Positions 35,457-48,753 of a stretch of 64,000 nt of DNA are shown piece by piece; positions within the stretch are counted from its first letter, which is position 1, and each line of letters begins with the position of its first letter. The DNA is taken from the NCBI RefSeq assembly GCF_964213995.1, contig NC_135818.1, forward strand, positions 74,772,001 through 74,836,000, read 5' to 3'. The notes below the pieces were generated by a model. That model worked only from the letters and a program-made list of their open reading frames with translations. It was not told where the DNA came from and did not search any database. The position numbers were made by a program, and so were the translations under genes. The stretch is from Mustelus asterias (taxonomy: Eukaryota).

Positions 35457-37107
35457 TTTCACCCGCCAGTGGAAACAACTTTCCTGCTGCTATCTTATCT
35501 ATTCCCTTTATAATCTTATATGTTTCTCTAAGATCTCCCCTCATTCTTCTGAATTCCAATAGGTATAGCCCCAGTCTATTCAGTCTCTCCTCATAAGCCA
35601 ACCCTCTCAACTCCGGAATCAACCTAGTGAATCTCCTCTGTACTCCCTCCAGTGCCAGTATATCCTTTCTCAAGTAAGGAGACCAAAACGGTACACAGTA
35701 CTCCAGGTGTGGCCTCTCCAGCACCTTATACAGCTGTGATATAATCTCACTGTTTTTAAACTCCATCCCTCTTGCAATGAAGGACAAAATTCCATTTGCC
35801 TTCTTAATTACCTGCTGCACCTGCAAACCAACTCCTTGAGATGCCTGCACAAGGACACCCAGGTCCCTCTGCACAGCAGCATGCTGCAATTTTTTACCAT
35901 TTAAATAATAGTCCATTTTGCTGTTATTCCTACCAAAATGGATGACCTCACATTTACCAACATTGTACTCCATCTGCCAGACCCTCGCCCACTCACTCAG
36001 ACTATCTATATCCCTTTGCAGACTTTCAGCGTCCTCTCCACACTTTGCTCTTCCACCCATTTTAGTGTCATCTGTGAATTTTGACACGCTACACTTGGTC
36101 CCCAACTCCAAATCATCTATGTAAATCATAAACAATTGCGGTCCCAACACTGATCCCTGAGGCACACCACTAGTCACTGATCGCCAACCAGAAAAACACC
36201 CATTTATCCCCACTCTTTGCTTTCTGTTAGCTAACCAATTCTCTATCCATGCTAATACATTACCCATAACACTGTGCACCTTTATCTTATGTAGCAGTCT
36301 TTGGTGCGGCACCTTGTCAAATGCCTTCTGGAAATCCAGATACATCACATCCACAGGTTCCCCATTTCCACTGTACATGTAATCTTCTCAAAGAATTCCA
36401 CCAAATTAGTCAAACATGACCTGCCTTCATGAACCCATGCTGCGTCTTACCAATGGGACAATTTATATCCAGATGTCTCGCTATTTCTTCCTTGATGATA
36501 GATTCAAGCATTTTCCCTACTACAGAAGTTAAGCTAACCAGCCTATAGTTACCTGCCTTTTGTCTACCTCCTTTTTTAAACAGTGGCGTCACATTTGCTG
36601 TTTTCCAATCTGCGGGAACCACCCCAGAGTCCAGCGAATTTTGGTAAATAACCACTAGTGCATTTGCTATTTCTCCCACCATCTCTTTTAGTACCCTGGG
36701 ATGCATTCCATCAGGACCAGGAGACTTGTCTACCTTTAGCCCCATTAACTTGCCCAACACTACCTCTTTCGTGATAATGATAGTTTCGAGGTCCTCACCT
36801 GCCATAACCTTCCTGTCATTGATTTTTGGCATGTTATTTGTGTCTTCCACTGTGAAGACCGACACAAAATATCTGTTCAATGCCTCGGCCATTTTCTCAT
36901 TTCCAGTTATTACATCCCCCTTCTCATCCTCTAACGGACCAATGTTTACTTTCGTCACTCTTTTTCATTTTATATATTTGCAGAAACTTTTGCTATCTGT
37001 TTTTATATTCTGAGCTAGTTTACACTCATAATCCATCTTACCTTTCTTTATAGCTTTTTTCATGGCTTTCTGCTGACCTTTAAAGATTTCCCAATCCTCT
37101 AGGTTCC
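35457..37107 (-). pseudogene. CR1/HER1-like ORF2 reverse transcriptase, truncated and frameshifted
   Basis: ORFs 36410-36958 (KSPGPDGMHPRVLKE, NYRLVSLTS) and 35356-36378 (YLDFQKAFDKVPH, GVPQGSVLGP, KFTDDTK, RPHLEYC). Confidence 0.95.
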
Positions 37108-37811
37108 CATTGTTGTCGGTGCAGGCTCGATGGGCCAAATGGCCTCCTTCTGCACTGTAGGGATTCTGTGATTCTATGAATAGAAAAAGAGTGAGAGAGC
37201 AGGGGGAACAAATGTTACACCAAAGTGGCAAAGATGCCAGCAAAGCACAATTTCCCTGGGATGAGAGTTTTGACACATATTGGTGCAATGATGCCAGCTG
37301 CATTAGCTAAATTATGAAGCAGAAGTGAACTGCAAGGAGTGGCCCTGTATTTTGTCTTGGAGCAGAGGTGGCATAAAAATTGTTGGCTTGAAGCTTGCAT
37401 TCATTTTTTTTTTAATTAAACAGTGCCACTAATTGAAAAATAATGGGTTGGGGACCCAAATGCTCAGGAAGTAAATGTACTGGATGATGCAATTCTGATT
37501 CATGCAACCCAGGAATGTAACTCTGCTGTGAGGGTCAGGATCGATGGAGCCACCCATGAGGGTTCGCTCCCACAAAACTTCCCAGTGCGGGTGCATGATG
37601 CAAAAGGAAGAGCAAAGGTTTGAGATCATTTCTTGCTTTGGAAAAGACTCCATAAGTAAAGCGTCGACACTGAAACCTACATTACATTTTTTTTGCTTCC
37701 TTTTAAATCTTAAAAGCAGGAGTGAATGGTTTTAGTCTGAGTTAAGTTGGTCTGTTAGAGGTGTGAATGATGACATTCCGTATTGTTCATTGTGACTACC
37801 CCAAACTGCAA

Positions 37812-38255
37812 AAGAACAAAAAACAAAGAAAAGTACAGCGCAGAAACAGGCCCTTCGGCCCTCCAAGCCTGCGCCGATCATGATGCCTGCCCAAACTAAA
37901 ACCGTATGCACTTACGGAGTCCGTATCCTTCCATTCCCATCCTATTCATGTATTTGCCCAGTTGCCCCTTAAATGACGCTATCATACCCACTCCCACCAC
38001 CTCCCTGGGCAGCGCGTTCCAGACATTCACCACCCTTTGTGTAAAAAGCTTGCCTCGCACATCTCCTCTAAATTTTTCCCCATGCTCCTTAAACCTATGT
38101 GCTCTCGTACTTGACTTTTCTACCCGAGGAAAGAGCATCTGACTATTCACTCTGTCCATGCCACTCATAATCTTGTAAACCTCTATCAGGTCACCTCTTA
38201 ACCGCCGTCGTCCCAGTGAGAACAAACCGAGTTCATCCAACTTCTCATAGCTAAT
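37812..38255 (-). mobile_element. CR1 3' end
   Basis: LGLFSLGRRRLRGDLIEVYKIM. Confidence 0.9.
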
Positions 38256-38468
38256 ATTAAGTTCCTTTGCTTGATCTGTGACCTTCTGGAAACATAGAAA
38301 CTAGAAACAGGAGGAGACCATTTGGCCCTTCGAGCCTGCTCCGCCATTCATTTTGATCTTGGCTGATCATCAAATTCAATCTTCTGATCCCACCTTGTTG
38401 CCTTCCCCCAGCCCTCCACCCCCCACCCCAACCCCCATATCCCTTCATCCCCACAGAAACATTGTTCA

Positions 38469-38596
38469 GGGCGGAATTTTCCAGCCACGCTCGTCCCAAA
38501 ACTGGAAAATCCCACCCAAGGTCTATGGACCATTGCATGGTCCGCCCACCCACCAGCTATGATTCCCTTGGCGGATGGGACGGGAAAATTTTAACC
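38469..38596. mobile_element. PIF/Harbinger-type MITE
   Basis: TIR GGGCGGAATTTT; reverse match to 44470-44596. Confidence 0.75.
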
Positions 38597-40134
38597 AGAA
38601 AATTTGAAGTATAACCCTCCTAGGCGATACATTCGCAGAGTTGCCTTTCAGTTTATTAGGAAGTCCACATTCAGTGATGGACCTTTGTGTTGCCCATGGC
38701 TAGAAAAAAGCGGGAGCAAATTGTAACAATTCTTTACCTGAAGGATAAGACTAACATCCCATAATCACTCCAAATAGCAACTGCTCATTGAGAATCTTCT
38801 TCTCTGATTGAGAATCTTCTTCTCAAGAACCCTGCATCCAAAGAGCCAGCATGAGTTTTTCAAAGCAACATTGTCCAGGGTTGCAAACAGCCTTACACAG
38901 AACATTAAACTGTGTTCCTCATTCAATTACTTGTGGATTTGCTGGATTTTTCCAGCATCATTCATTTTTCACTCAACTGCCTGCAGAATTTGTTTGATTG
39001 ATTCAGATTCAGCGATGGAATAGGGGATCGTGAACTTCTGGGAATATTTGACTGTTTCCGCGCACTCTGCATGCCATGGACCTTTGTGTGTTCACCAAGT
39101 TCAGCGCTATTAAGGGCAGGTGGAGAGTGCCAGTTTTCCACTCCGTCCATGACGTTCTTCACCTCAATGGTGAGTAAAATAGGGAATGATGCAAAACCAG
39201 CTTCCCTTCCATTTCCTAACATGGAGGGTGAGGTTAAAATTGACCCCTACAGTTGCTTTTATGTAAAAAAATACACATGGCACTATATCATATGTTACCG
39301 CACAGAAGCAGGCCATTCGTTCCAGCAGTTCTATACTAGTGTTTCCATGCCACTCTCGGGAAGTCGTCTATTTTCCGTTGTGAGGAAGTGAATGCAATGG
39401 GTTAATGCTGAGTTTGTTGAAGCTGTACAGAAAAGTTGTGGCACTGTTTTCCAGTGCTGTCCCTTTACTTGCCTCTATACGGTTAATCGCATTCATGACT
39501 TGGTGCCTGGAGTGCTTTAGTGATAATATTAATATCAGCATTCATTCCGGGGATAATTTTATTTTTGCAGAAAGAATTGTGAATTTTGGGATATTAGACT
39601 GGCAATGAGATATTGCATCATGTCAAAATTTTCAATATCATTCATTCTGAGCCAACCTTGAGAAAATGAGCTACAGACCTCCAGCGTACGGACAGTGCAG
39701 CAATTCAATGCATGGACAGTGTCCTCAGCTGCTGCACTGAGGCAAAGTGGACACGGTCATTATATGGAAGCTACAAGCATCTTTGACAAACTATCTTTGG
39801 GGATTAGAGTCGCTGTCATCTCTTTCCACTGTTACTTTGTAATATTGTCATTTCTTGCTTCTGTAAAACTCCCTCTCTTCATAATGAGGGGGTGTTTGCT
39901 GATCAGATTTATTCGCTGGAATTTTATGACTCCCCCAGCCCACTCAAACCCCTCCCCTCACCCCCCCCCCCCCCCCCCCCCCCGCCTCTCTCTCCACCAC
40001 CCAGCCCCCTCTACTTGGCATCAGACTGGCAGGCAGGGGAGGCATAAAATTGGGGGGGAGGCGGTGGTTAGTGGGAGGTGCGATGCCCATCATCTCCCCA
40101 TCTCTGCTGGCATTTTACCAGTGACCAAGTGGAG

Positions 40135-40249
40135 GGGGATTTTCCGGCCATGCACGCCCCATGACCGGATAATCCCACCCAAGGTCTTTGCATGGTCATG
40201 TTCCGCCGGCTATGATTCCTGTGGTGGACGGGAGGGGAAAATTTTGTCC
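40135..40249. mobile_element. PIF/Harbinger-type MITE
   Basis: Matches 38469-38596. Confidence 0.65.
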
Positions 40250-40529
40250 TAGGTGTCATGTGGCCCACTCAAATTGGGCCACCACAGCCCTGAAATGGAC
40301 ACTTTGCCAGTCACGCAAGTACCTCCCTCCTGCTGCCTCTGGTATCTTACCAGTACTAGGATATGTCAACACCATGTGGTGAGGCCACTGGTTTGTTTGA
40401 CCAACCTCGGCACAACCACACCACTTACCTGCAGGCTTAGCCTCCTCTATGACCCTTCATCAGGGACTGACTGCAGGCCCATCACTGGCCATCGTCCCTG
40501 GTGGCGCTGATGGGACAGGAGAGATGCAA

Positions 40530-40740
40530 ATCATCATACAGTTGAATAGGTCAGCATTGAGTCTGGGGACAGCAGTCCCACTGAGCTGGATAACAGAAGA
40601 GGAGCATTGGAAGAGGATGTTGTGGCCAGCCCTGTGAAGAGACGCAGTGAGGTTGAGGAGGGTGAGAGATACAGACAATATACAGACTCAGTATTGGTGT
40701 CAGTTAAAGCTTTTGGCTGCTCCCAATACATTCATACAGC
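40530..40740 (-). mobile_element. Decayed L2-like RT fragment
   Basis: LLNLTASLHRAGHNILFQ..LSGTA resembles the L2 motif LLDLSAAFDTVDHxIL..LSGTAL. Confidence 0.5.
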
Positions 40741-40870
40741 AAAGGTGTGCCCACACACAGGAATGCACACAGGGGACAGCATAGGTTCCTGATAGGTTGT
40801 GGGGAATTTTAACATGGAATGTGTGGGTTTGGGGGTGCTAGTAGGCGGTTTAATTCATGGAACGTAATCT

Positions 40871-41124
40871 CAAGTTTACTTATTAGTGTCACAAGTGGGC
40901 TTACATTATCACAGCAATGAAGTCACTGTGAAAATCTCCAAGTTGCCACACTCCGCACCTGTTCGGGTACACCGAGGGAGAATTTAGCATGGCCAATGCA
41001 CCCAACCAGCACGTCTTTCAGACTGTGGGAGGAAACCAGGGCAACCTGAGGAAACCCACACAGACAGGGATAAAATGTACCAACCCAACACAGACAGTGA
41101 CCCAAGGCCGGAATCGAACCCGGG
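40871..41124 (-). mobile_element. V-SINE type B, head interrupted by an LTR
   Basis: SINE sequence stops at GAACCCGGG exactly where the LTR end begins. Confidence 0.85.
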
Positions 41125-41875
41125 TGATGCGTGACAATCAAGCACGAGGTACAAGGCTTCAGCAATTGAAGGCTTTTATTGACAAACAATGGAACTATCT
41201 AAACACGAGTACACCATTCCAGACTGGAGGGGTCCCGCCTGAGCAGAGGGTCTTATACCTCTCCCAGGAGGCGGGGCCCGACTGGGATGTGCCATAACAG
41301 CATCCACCACAGGTATATTAATCCCACAGTGTAAACACCCTAGCCCAACAACAACATTATAACAACCCCACAGTGTCAACCCCCTAACCCAACAGCAACA
41401 TTAGAATAACCCCACAGTGGTAACCAATGATGGTTAACCACATTCACCCCTCCTTTGAAAACAAAGGCCGGTGGGGTGCGAAAACAGACTACATATATAC
41501 AAAATCTACAAGTCCAGACGGTCTGGAGGACCGCACCGACGCTGTGACCTCCTCAACACCGGTTGTGACACCGGAGCAGGTGCTTGCGGTGGCGTTCTCT
41601 CCAAATCAGCGTCTGGCTGTCCCCTCGAGGACTCACGGGCCGGTTGACCCTGGTGAAGCGGTGGTGCAGGGGATCCCGGTACCGTCTGTGGTGGCGCCGA
41701 TCTCCGAGTCTCAGGCAAGCTGTACATGGGAGTATAACTGTTATGCACTGGTCCCGGTGCTGACCGCGCCACGTCCGGGGAAGAAATAAGTGATAGGGGA
41801 TTTGTGACAGGGGGTATGGGAGTGACAGGAGTTGCTACATCCCCTGCGGGCGCCAGGTCTCGAATCGAGACTGTG
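41125..41875 (-). mobile_element. Gypsy/Ty3 retrotransposon 3' end: pol C-terminus, PPT and 3' LTR (41125-41442)
   Basis: TVSIRDLAP...PVLRRSQRRCGPPDRLDL*; PPT AAAGGAGGGGTGAA then TGTGGTTAACC...CGCATCA with TATAA and AATAAA. Confidence 0.85.
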
Positions 41876-42887
41876 GGGGGAGGCGGGCCGGGGGGGGGGG
41901 CGGTTGGACCACGCAAAGGTCCATTGACTTCAGGTGGGGTTTTCCAGGTTTGGAGCGAGTGCAGCTAAAAAGTCCTGCCCAATGGATCAGGCAGGTACAA
42001 TTTTGACTTTTAAAAAGCATTTAGACAGTGACATGGGTAAGATTGGTATGGAGGGATATGGACCAAATGCGGGCAATTGGGATTAGCTTAATGGTAAAAA
42101 CTGGGCGGCATGGACAGGTTGGGCCGAAGGGCCTGTTTCCATGCTGTAAACCTCTATGACTCTATAAATTGCAACAAGTAGACTTTTGGACTTAATCAAT
42201 ATTGTGAAGTCTTTTCACTCAATTAGTGAGAAATTGGAAAAGTGTATTTACTCAATCATTGCTAAAATGTTTGGAATCATTTCCCAGGTTGGATAATAAA
42301 TGGAAAAACATTGGGAGACATGCGAAGCATAGCTAAATGCTAGAATAACAATTGTTGCAATGTGTTTTACAATGCAATGCTGATTTCTGGAGAACAGTCC
42401 CTGGGTGCTTCAATCCCAGCATTTGCATGTTAACCTCGTGACATTTTTCAACAGGCGCTGGGTAGAAGCAGAACTGATGTGTCCAGGAATGACATATGAG
42501 GCCCCTTTTCTACTGTTGGTGCAACATCAGTGAAGCACTTTATATTTCTAAATGCAGTTGATGGCGAGAGAGCCATCTGTCTGATGACATTTGCAGCTTT
42601 CAAATGTGATTCCTTTAAGGTACTTGTCCATTCTCATGCTCTAATTTAGCGGAGTTCACTTGTTAGTTCTCATTAAGGTTCAGTATACTTGGTTCCCGGC
42701 AGGAGCTCTCACCAGGAGTAACAGTGCATATGAATGAACACTATTTGGTTTCAACTTCAATAAACTCTGTTGTGTAAATCTTTCACACTATTGTCACACT
42801 AGCACCAAAACATCATTTTCCAGATAGCACTGTATCTTTAGCAGCCCGGTCCCTAGTTCAGCTTGAATTCCTGGCTCACCAGTTATA

Positions 42888-43200
42888 GGGGTGGCACGGT
42901 GGCACAGTGGGTTAGCACTGCTGCCTCACAGCGCCAGGGATGCGGGTTCGATTGCCGACTTGGGTCACTGCCTGTGCAGAATCTGCGCGTTCTCCCCGTG
43001 TCTGCGTGGGTTTCTTCCGGGTGCTTCGGTTTCCTCCCACAGTCTGAAAGACGTGCTGGTTAGGGTGCATTGGCCGTGCTAAATTCTCCCTCAGTGTACC
43101 CGAACAGGCGCCGGAGTGTGGCGACTGGGGGATTTTCACCGTAACTTTATTGCAGTGTTGATATAAGCCTATTTGTGACACTAATAAATAAATAAAAATA
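42888..43200 (+). mobile_element. V-SINE type B
   Basis: Full-length. Confidence 0.9.
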
Positions 43201-43626
43201 AAATAAAATATTGACTTGGGTTTGAAGTGAGGCACACGGCAATCACTGTGGGTAGGGCAGAAAATGTAAATAATGCAGGGTGGGTGAATAGAGCATGTCA
43301 AATGACCTTGCTTTGCTGTGATATTCTTACGCATTCTGCATATATGTGGAGCATTCAATAAAAATATCAGTTTTGAATTCATCAACAAGGACTAATTGCA
43401 GACTGGGATGCATCTCCAGAATATTTTATGATAAATCAGAGCAGATTTATTTTGGTCGATTAAACATCTCCAAGGGGAGAACTCGTGTTAGTGATACTCA
43501 GTTCACAGCAACAGCATTAAGTTATCTCATTGAGCTCTCCTGCCTTCAAACATCAGCCCCACAAAACACCTTTGATTGGGTCACCTAATGATGTGATCAT
43601 ATCAGATTCCGATGTTCAGTCTCCGA

Positions 43627-44143
43627 ATAGAAACATAGAAGATAGGAGCAGGAGGAGGCCATTTGGCCCTTCGAGCCTGCTCTGCTATTCATTGCAATCA
43701 TGGCTGATCATCCAACTCAATAGCCTAATCCCGCTTTTTCCCCATAACCTTTGATCCCATTCTCCCCAAGTGCTATATCCAGCCGCCTCTTGAATACATT
43801 CAATGTTCTCGCATCAATTACTTCCTACGGTAATGAATTCCACTCTTTGGGTGAAGAAATGTCTCCTCACCTCCGTCCTAAATGGTCTACCCTGAATCCT
43901 CAGACCGTGACCCCTGGTTCTGGACTCCCCCACCATCTGGAATATCCTCCCTGCATCTATCCCGTCTAGTCCTGTTAGAATTTTACAAGTCTCTATGAGA
44001 TCCCCCCTCATTCTTCTGAACTCCAGTGAAAACAATCCTAACCTAGTCAATCTCTCCTCATACATCAGTCCTGCCATTCCCGGAATCAGTTTGGTAAACC
44101 TTCGCTGCACTCCCTCGAGAGCAAGAACATCCTTCCTCAGAAA
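43627..44143 (-). mobile_element. CR1 3' end
   Basis: QRRFTKLIPG..RRMRGDLIETCKILTG. Confidence 0.9.
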
Positions 44144-44341
44144 CGGAATGGAATAGATGCTGGCCTCTGTTGTGTCCCAGGCCCAGCAGCATGGCAGAGA
44201 TGGAGTAAGTCAGATGAAGGTTATTAATCAAACATAAAATAAGCGATAAAAAGTTACATAGAGGCTAAAATATAATCACCACGGCATTGATAATGTCAAA
44301 TTGGTACATAGTTAGCAAGTAGCGAAGGGAAAATAGGAAAG

Positions 44342-44793
44342 TAGAATCATAGAATCCCGACAGTATAGAAGGAGGCCTTCAGCTCATCGAGCCTGCACAG
44401 ACAACAATCCCACCCAAGTCCCATTCCCGTAACCCCATGTATTTACCCTGCTAATCCCCCTGACACTAAGGGACGAATTTTCCCGTTCCGCCCGTCACGG
44501 GAATCGCAGTGGGCGAGGGGCGGACCATGGAAAGATCCATTGATCTCGGGTGGGAATTTCCAGTTTCGAGGCGATCACGGCCAGAAAATCCTGCCCTCAG
44601 GGTCGATTTAGCATGGCCAATCCATCTAACCTGCACATCTTTTGGAGAGTGGGAGGAAACCGGAGCACACGGAGAAAACCCACGCAGACACGGGGAGACT
44701 GTACAAACTCCACACAGACAGTGACCCAAGACTGGAATTGAACCCGGGTCCCTGGTGCTATGAGGCAGCAATGCTAACCACTGTGCCACCGTG
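44342..44793 (-). mobile_element. HE1-type V-SINE containing a Harbinger MITE (44470-44596)
   Basis: SINE is contiguous after removing the MITE; TSD TAA/TCA. Confidence 0.9.
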
Positions 44794-46401
44794 TAGAGAT
44801 ATTGGAAAAGAACAGGCAAAGTTTACGATTTTAAAACCTATTTAAACTTTTATTTTAACAGTGCTTATTATAACAGGATAATATTAGTCCAGCAGTAGTA
44901 AAAATATCAACAGCGTAGTGGCATAATTTCTTTCGTGAATATTTTCCATCACATTATATGAGCTGTGAGTGCGAAAATAACAGTTGATCCAGGAAAAGTA
45001 GAATTCCCTGGAGTTGCTAGAACCTTGCTCATCAATAGATAAGGCCATGTTGCTGTGGTTAATTTTGGGAATCTTGCCTTAAAAGGACACTGGAAGATTT
45101 GGAGGCAGTCCAAAGAAGGGCTACAGGAATAATTCTGAGACTTAATGTGTTGTCCGATATTATCAGGTGAGTGCTTAATGCATATGCATCAAATTCCCCT
45201 ATCCCTTATTTTAATGAGGCATTAGCACATTCTAAATGGCTTAATCCATCCGTTAAATGAGTGGACAAAGGAAGTTGATATGAACACATTAAGCATTTGT
45301 ACAATGATATCCCGCATTATAATTTCCAGGTATAAGTTACAAAGAGAGAGCTTCTGGAAAAAAGTGAAGATCACCAGCACCGGTGATTATAAATCACAAG
45401 ACCTTGAATGTAAGCTAAAGGCCTGAGGCTTAATTTCATTCCTAACCAAAACCAGTCACACTGGAGTCACTCTATTAGTTTAAATTGAGTACAGCGTTCC
45501 TCTCATCAAATAAGAAGAATGGAGCTCAAGTGGGTTGTTCCTAAGTTCTAGAATTCCCCATAAATTTCTCAATAGTCTCCAATCCTAGGGTCAAATAAAC
45601 CAGGCCTGAGAGCTTGAGTCAAGAGGAGGTTTCGTGCTAGAGTAGATGTCAGGATTAGGTCTATGCAGCCATTTTAACATTTGTCCCAGAGCTATCAGAC
45701 TCTAGCAACACGAAGAGTTAACCTCCAAGATGGTCAAACTATTACAAAATCTTTTCTGACAGATTATGCAGGACTTTATTTTTTACTAAGAATACCCAAT
45801 ACATAAACTGTCACAACCACAACAGTTAAATGTGCATATATGAATAAGTAGGGCATACAAAACCTTCAAAATAGCTGTGGTTAGTGGCTAGAGGAATTAG
45901 AACTTGCCTTCAAGCTAAAGTGATAATAGCTGCCATACTGAATTGCCACATTAGCTTGACTGAATCATTTTCCCACACTAGGCCGCACAGATTTCATTTA
46001 CTGAATGGAAATTATGGCCATGTTTGAGAGAGAAAAAAAGAAATACAGAAACAGGCATTCATCTTAAAACAAACCTATAATTTAACTGGCGTCGGAATGT
46101 TTGCGGCCACAGTTTATTTAACAGTGATAAAATGCACATGCTTGTTAAACCAATGTTGCCACAGACCTTATTCCACATAATAAGCCTTAGATAAGGTGGG
46201 GGGTGGGGGGTTACAGTGAGTCCTTGAAGGTTCTAAAAATGCCCAGTCTTCCATGCAGCTGTTAATGCTGCAGATGTATGTGAGGCGAGCTTTTGGTTCT
46301 TGGGGGGGGGGGGTTTACAATTGGGAGAGTTAGTGGAGGTCAGCTATTGACTGTCAGTCTTTGGATTATGGCAGATGACCTGCACCATTGCATGATAACA
46401 T

Positions 46402-46705
46402 GGGTGGCATAGTGGCACAGTGGTTAGCACTGCTGCCTCACAGCACCAGAGTCCCAGGTTCAATTCCAGCCTCGGGTCACTGTCTGTGTGGAGTTTATAC
46501 GTTCTCCCTGTGTCTGCATGGGTTTCCTCCCATAGTCCAAAGATGTGCGGGTTGGGTGGATTGGCCCTGATAAATTGCCCCTTAGTGTCAGGGGGGCTAG
46601 CTCGGGTAAATGCATGGGGATAGGGCCTGGGTGGGATTGTGGTCAGTGCAGACTCGATGGGCCGAATGGCCTCCTTCTGCACTGTAGGATTCTATGATTC
46701 AATGA
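46402..46705 (+). mobile_element. HE1-type V-SINE (type A)
   Basis: Head, V core, tail. Confidence 0.9.
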
Positions 46706-47183
46706 CTGAAACTCATCCTCAGTTTACATGGATTGAATTAGATTGAATGCACAGCACAAAAAAAAACATTCCAGAAAACTAGACCTAAAGCTGGTGTTCA
46801 TGCACCAAACCCCTCTTAATCCAACGCCATCAGAATAACCTTCCATTCTTTTCTCCCACGTGTGTTTATTGACTTTCTTCTCAGTTCGAGCAGCTCATTT
46901 TTAAAAAATGGTCAGATAAAATCTTTGATCTGGCTTTATACTGCGTTATAGGTGAAAGCACAAGGCCCGTAATATAGGCCAAAACTGAGGTGAATATAAG
47001 GAGAGAAGGTTCACTGAGCGGTGATGCTGAGTTTCAGTTTTGAAAGCCTAGAGGCTGGAAGAGGAACAGAAGGCTGAAGGAATTTGATAAGCGTGAGGTC
47101 CCGGAGGAGGGAGAGAAGAACAATGTTATTGATTTTGAGTATTATTTAGATTCCATTTATCTTAATATTTTCAAAGATACCTA

Positions 47184-47537
47184 ATAAGACCATAAGATGT
47201 AGGAGCAGAATTAGGACATTTGGCCCATCGAGTCTGCTTCGCCATTCAATCATGGCTGGTACGTTTCTCAACCCCATTCTCCCGCCTTTTTCCTTTTTTG
47301 ATCCACTTACCAATCAAGACCTATCTCTCTCTGTCTTACATACACTCAATGAACTGGCCTCCACAGCCTTTTGTTGCAATGAATTCCACAGATTCACCAC
47401 CCTCTGGCTGAAGAAATTCCTCCTCATCTCGGTTCTAAAGGGTGGTCCCTTTACTCTGAGGCTGTGCCCTCGGATCCTAGTCTCTCTGACTAATGGAAAC
47501 ATCTTCTCCACGTCCACACTACCCAGGCCTTTCAGTC
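47184..47537 (-). mobile_element. CR1 3' end
   Basis: RGHSLRVKG..FFSQRVVNLWNSL. Confidence 0.9.
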
Positions 47538-47633
47538 TTCCAATGATATTCTGTGAGCTGTAAAAGCAACTCAATTAAATCAGCATTTGGATATGCCTAA
47601 CATTGTTTATTAATAAGTTGGCCCCACATGTTT

Positions 47634-47795
47634 AAAAGAAAGACTTGCATTATGTCGGTATTTCACGAGTCCAGCATATTCCAAAGCCCTTTACAACTAA
47701 GGAAGCACTTTTGAAGTGTAGTCACTGCTGTAACGTCAAAAACGGAGTAGCCAATTTGCACATAGCATGCTCCCACAGTGCGATAATGACCAGGT
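47634..47795 (-). mobile_element. DeuSINE/L2-type tail fragment
   Basis: Minus strand ...CACTTCAAAAGTGCTTC...GCTTTGG...TGCAAGTCTTTCTTT. Confidence 0.55.
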
Positions 47796-48329
47796 ATTCT
47801 CTTTAACAATTTAGCGTTGACAGATTGATGAAGTTTTGTCTTGCAGGAAAACTTTTTTTCCTCTTATCGATTACTTCAAATCAGTCCGACACAATGCAAG
47901 GCATTAAAAAGGGTGTGGTAAACACAGTTTTGCTTCTCTGAGATAAAGCATGGTTTTCTTATCTCCAGATATTAATGATCTCCCAAAAATTGAAATGCAG
48001 CTCCTGTAACGAATGCTGTAAACCTGATCAGCAATGACTTGCCAGAGTCTGAGAGCATTATTACCACTGGGCAAAGTAAGCCCTCAAACACTTCGGAGTT
48101 TCCAAACTCCAGTTAGAAAGCTGGAAGCTGATGAAACCCAGCCATCAAAAGAGACAAAAGGTCTCTGCTGCAATTTCCCTTGCCACATTCCTGTCTGGGA
48201 ATTAAAATCCTGAGCCCCATGTCGTTCAGGATAAAGAAAGATTTGCATTTATATGGCGACTTTAACATCTTCAGGATGCACCGAAGTCCTTCACAGCAAA
48301 TGAAACGCTTTTGACAAGCAGGATAAGTA

Positions 48330-48753
48330 TAAGACTGCAAGAAACTACAAAAAGTCGTGAAGGTAGCCCAATCCATCACGCAAACCAGCCTCCCATCCAT
48401 TGACTCTGTCTATACTTCCCGCGGCCTCAGAAAAGCAGCCAGCATAATTAAGGACCCCACGCATCCTGGACATTCTGTCTTCCACCTTCTTCCGTCGGGA
48501 AAAAGATGCAAAAGTCTGAGGTAATGTACCAACCAACTCAAGAACAGCTTCTTCCCTGCTGCCATCAGACTTTTGAATGCACCTACCTTGCATTAAGTTG
48601 ATCTTTCTCTACACCCTAAGCTATGACTGTAACACTACATTCTGCACTCTCTCATTTCCTTCTCTATGAACGGTATGCTTGTCTGCCCAAGAAATAATAC
48701 TTTTCACTGTATACTAATACATGTGACAATAATAAATCAAATCAAATCAAATC
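48330..48753 (+). mobile_element. Rex1/Babar-like LINE 3' end
   Basis: Matches the reverse of 49905-50340; (AAATC)n tail. Confidence 0.85.

Noticed and set aside
39695-40252. 185-aa ORF (also 27210-27704 and 57481-58038)
   Set aside because: These run through poly-C, MITE or SINE sequence; no protein motifs
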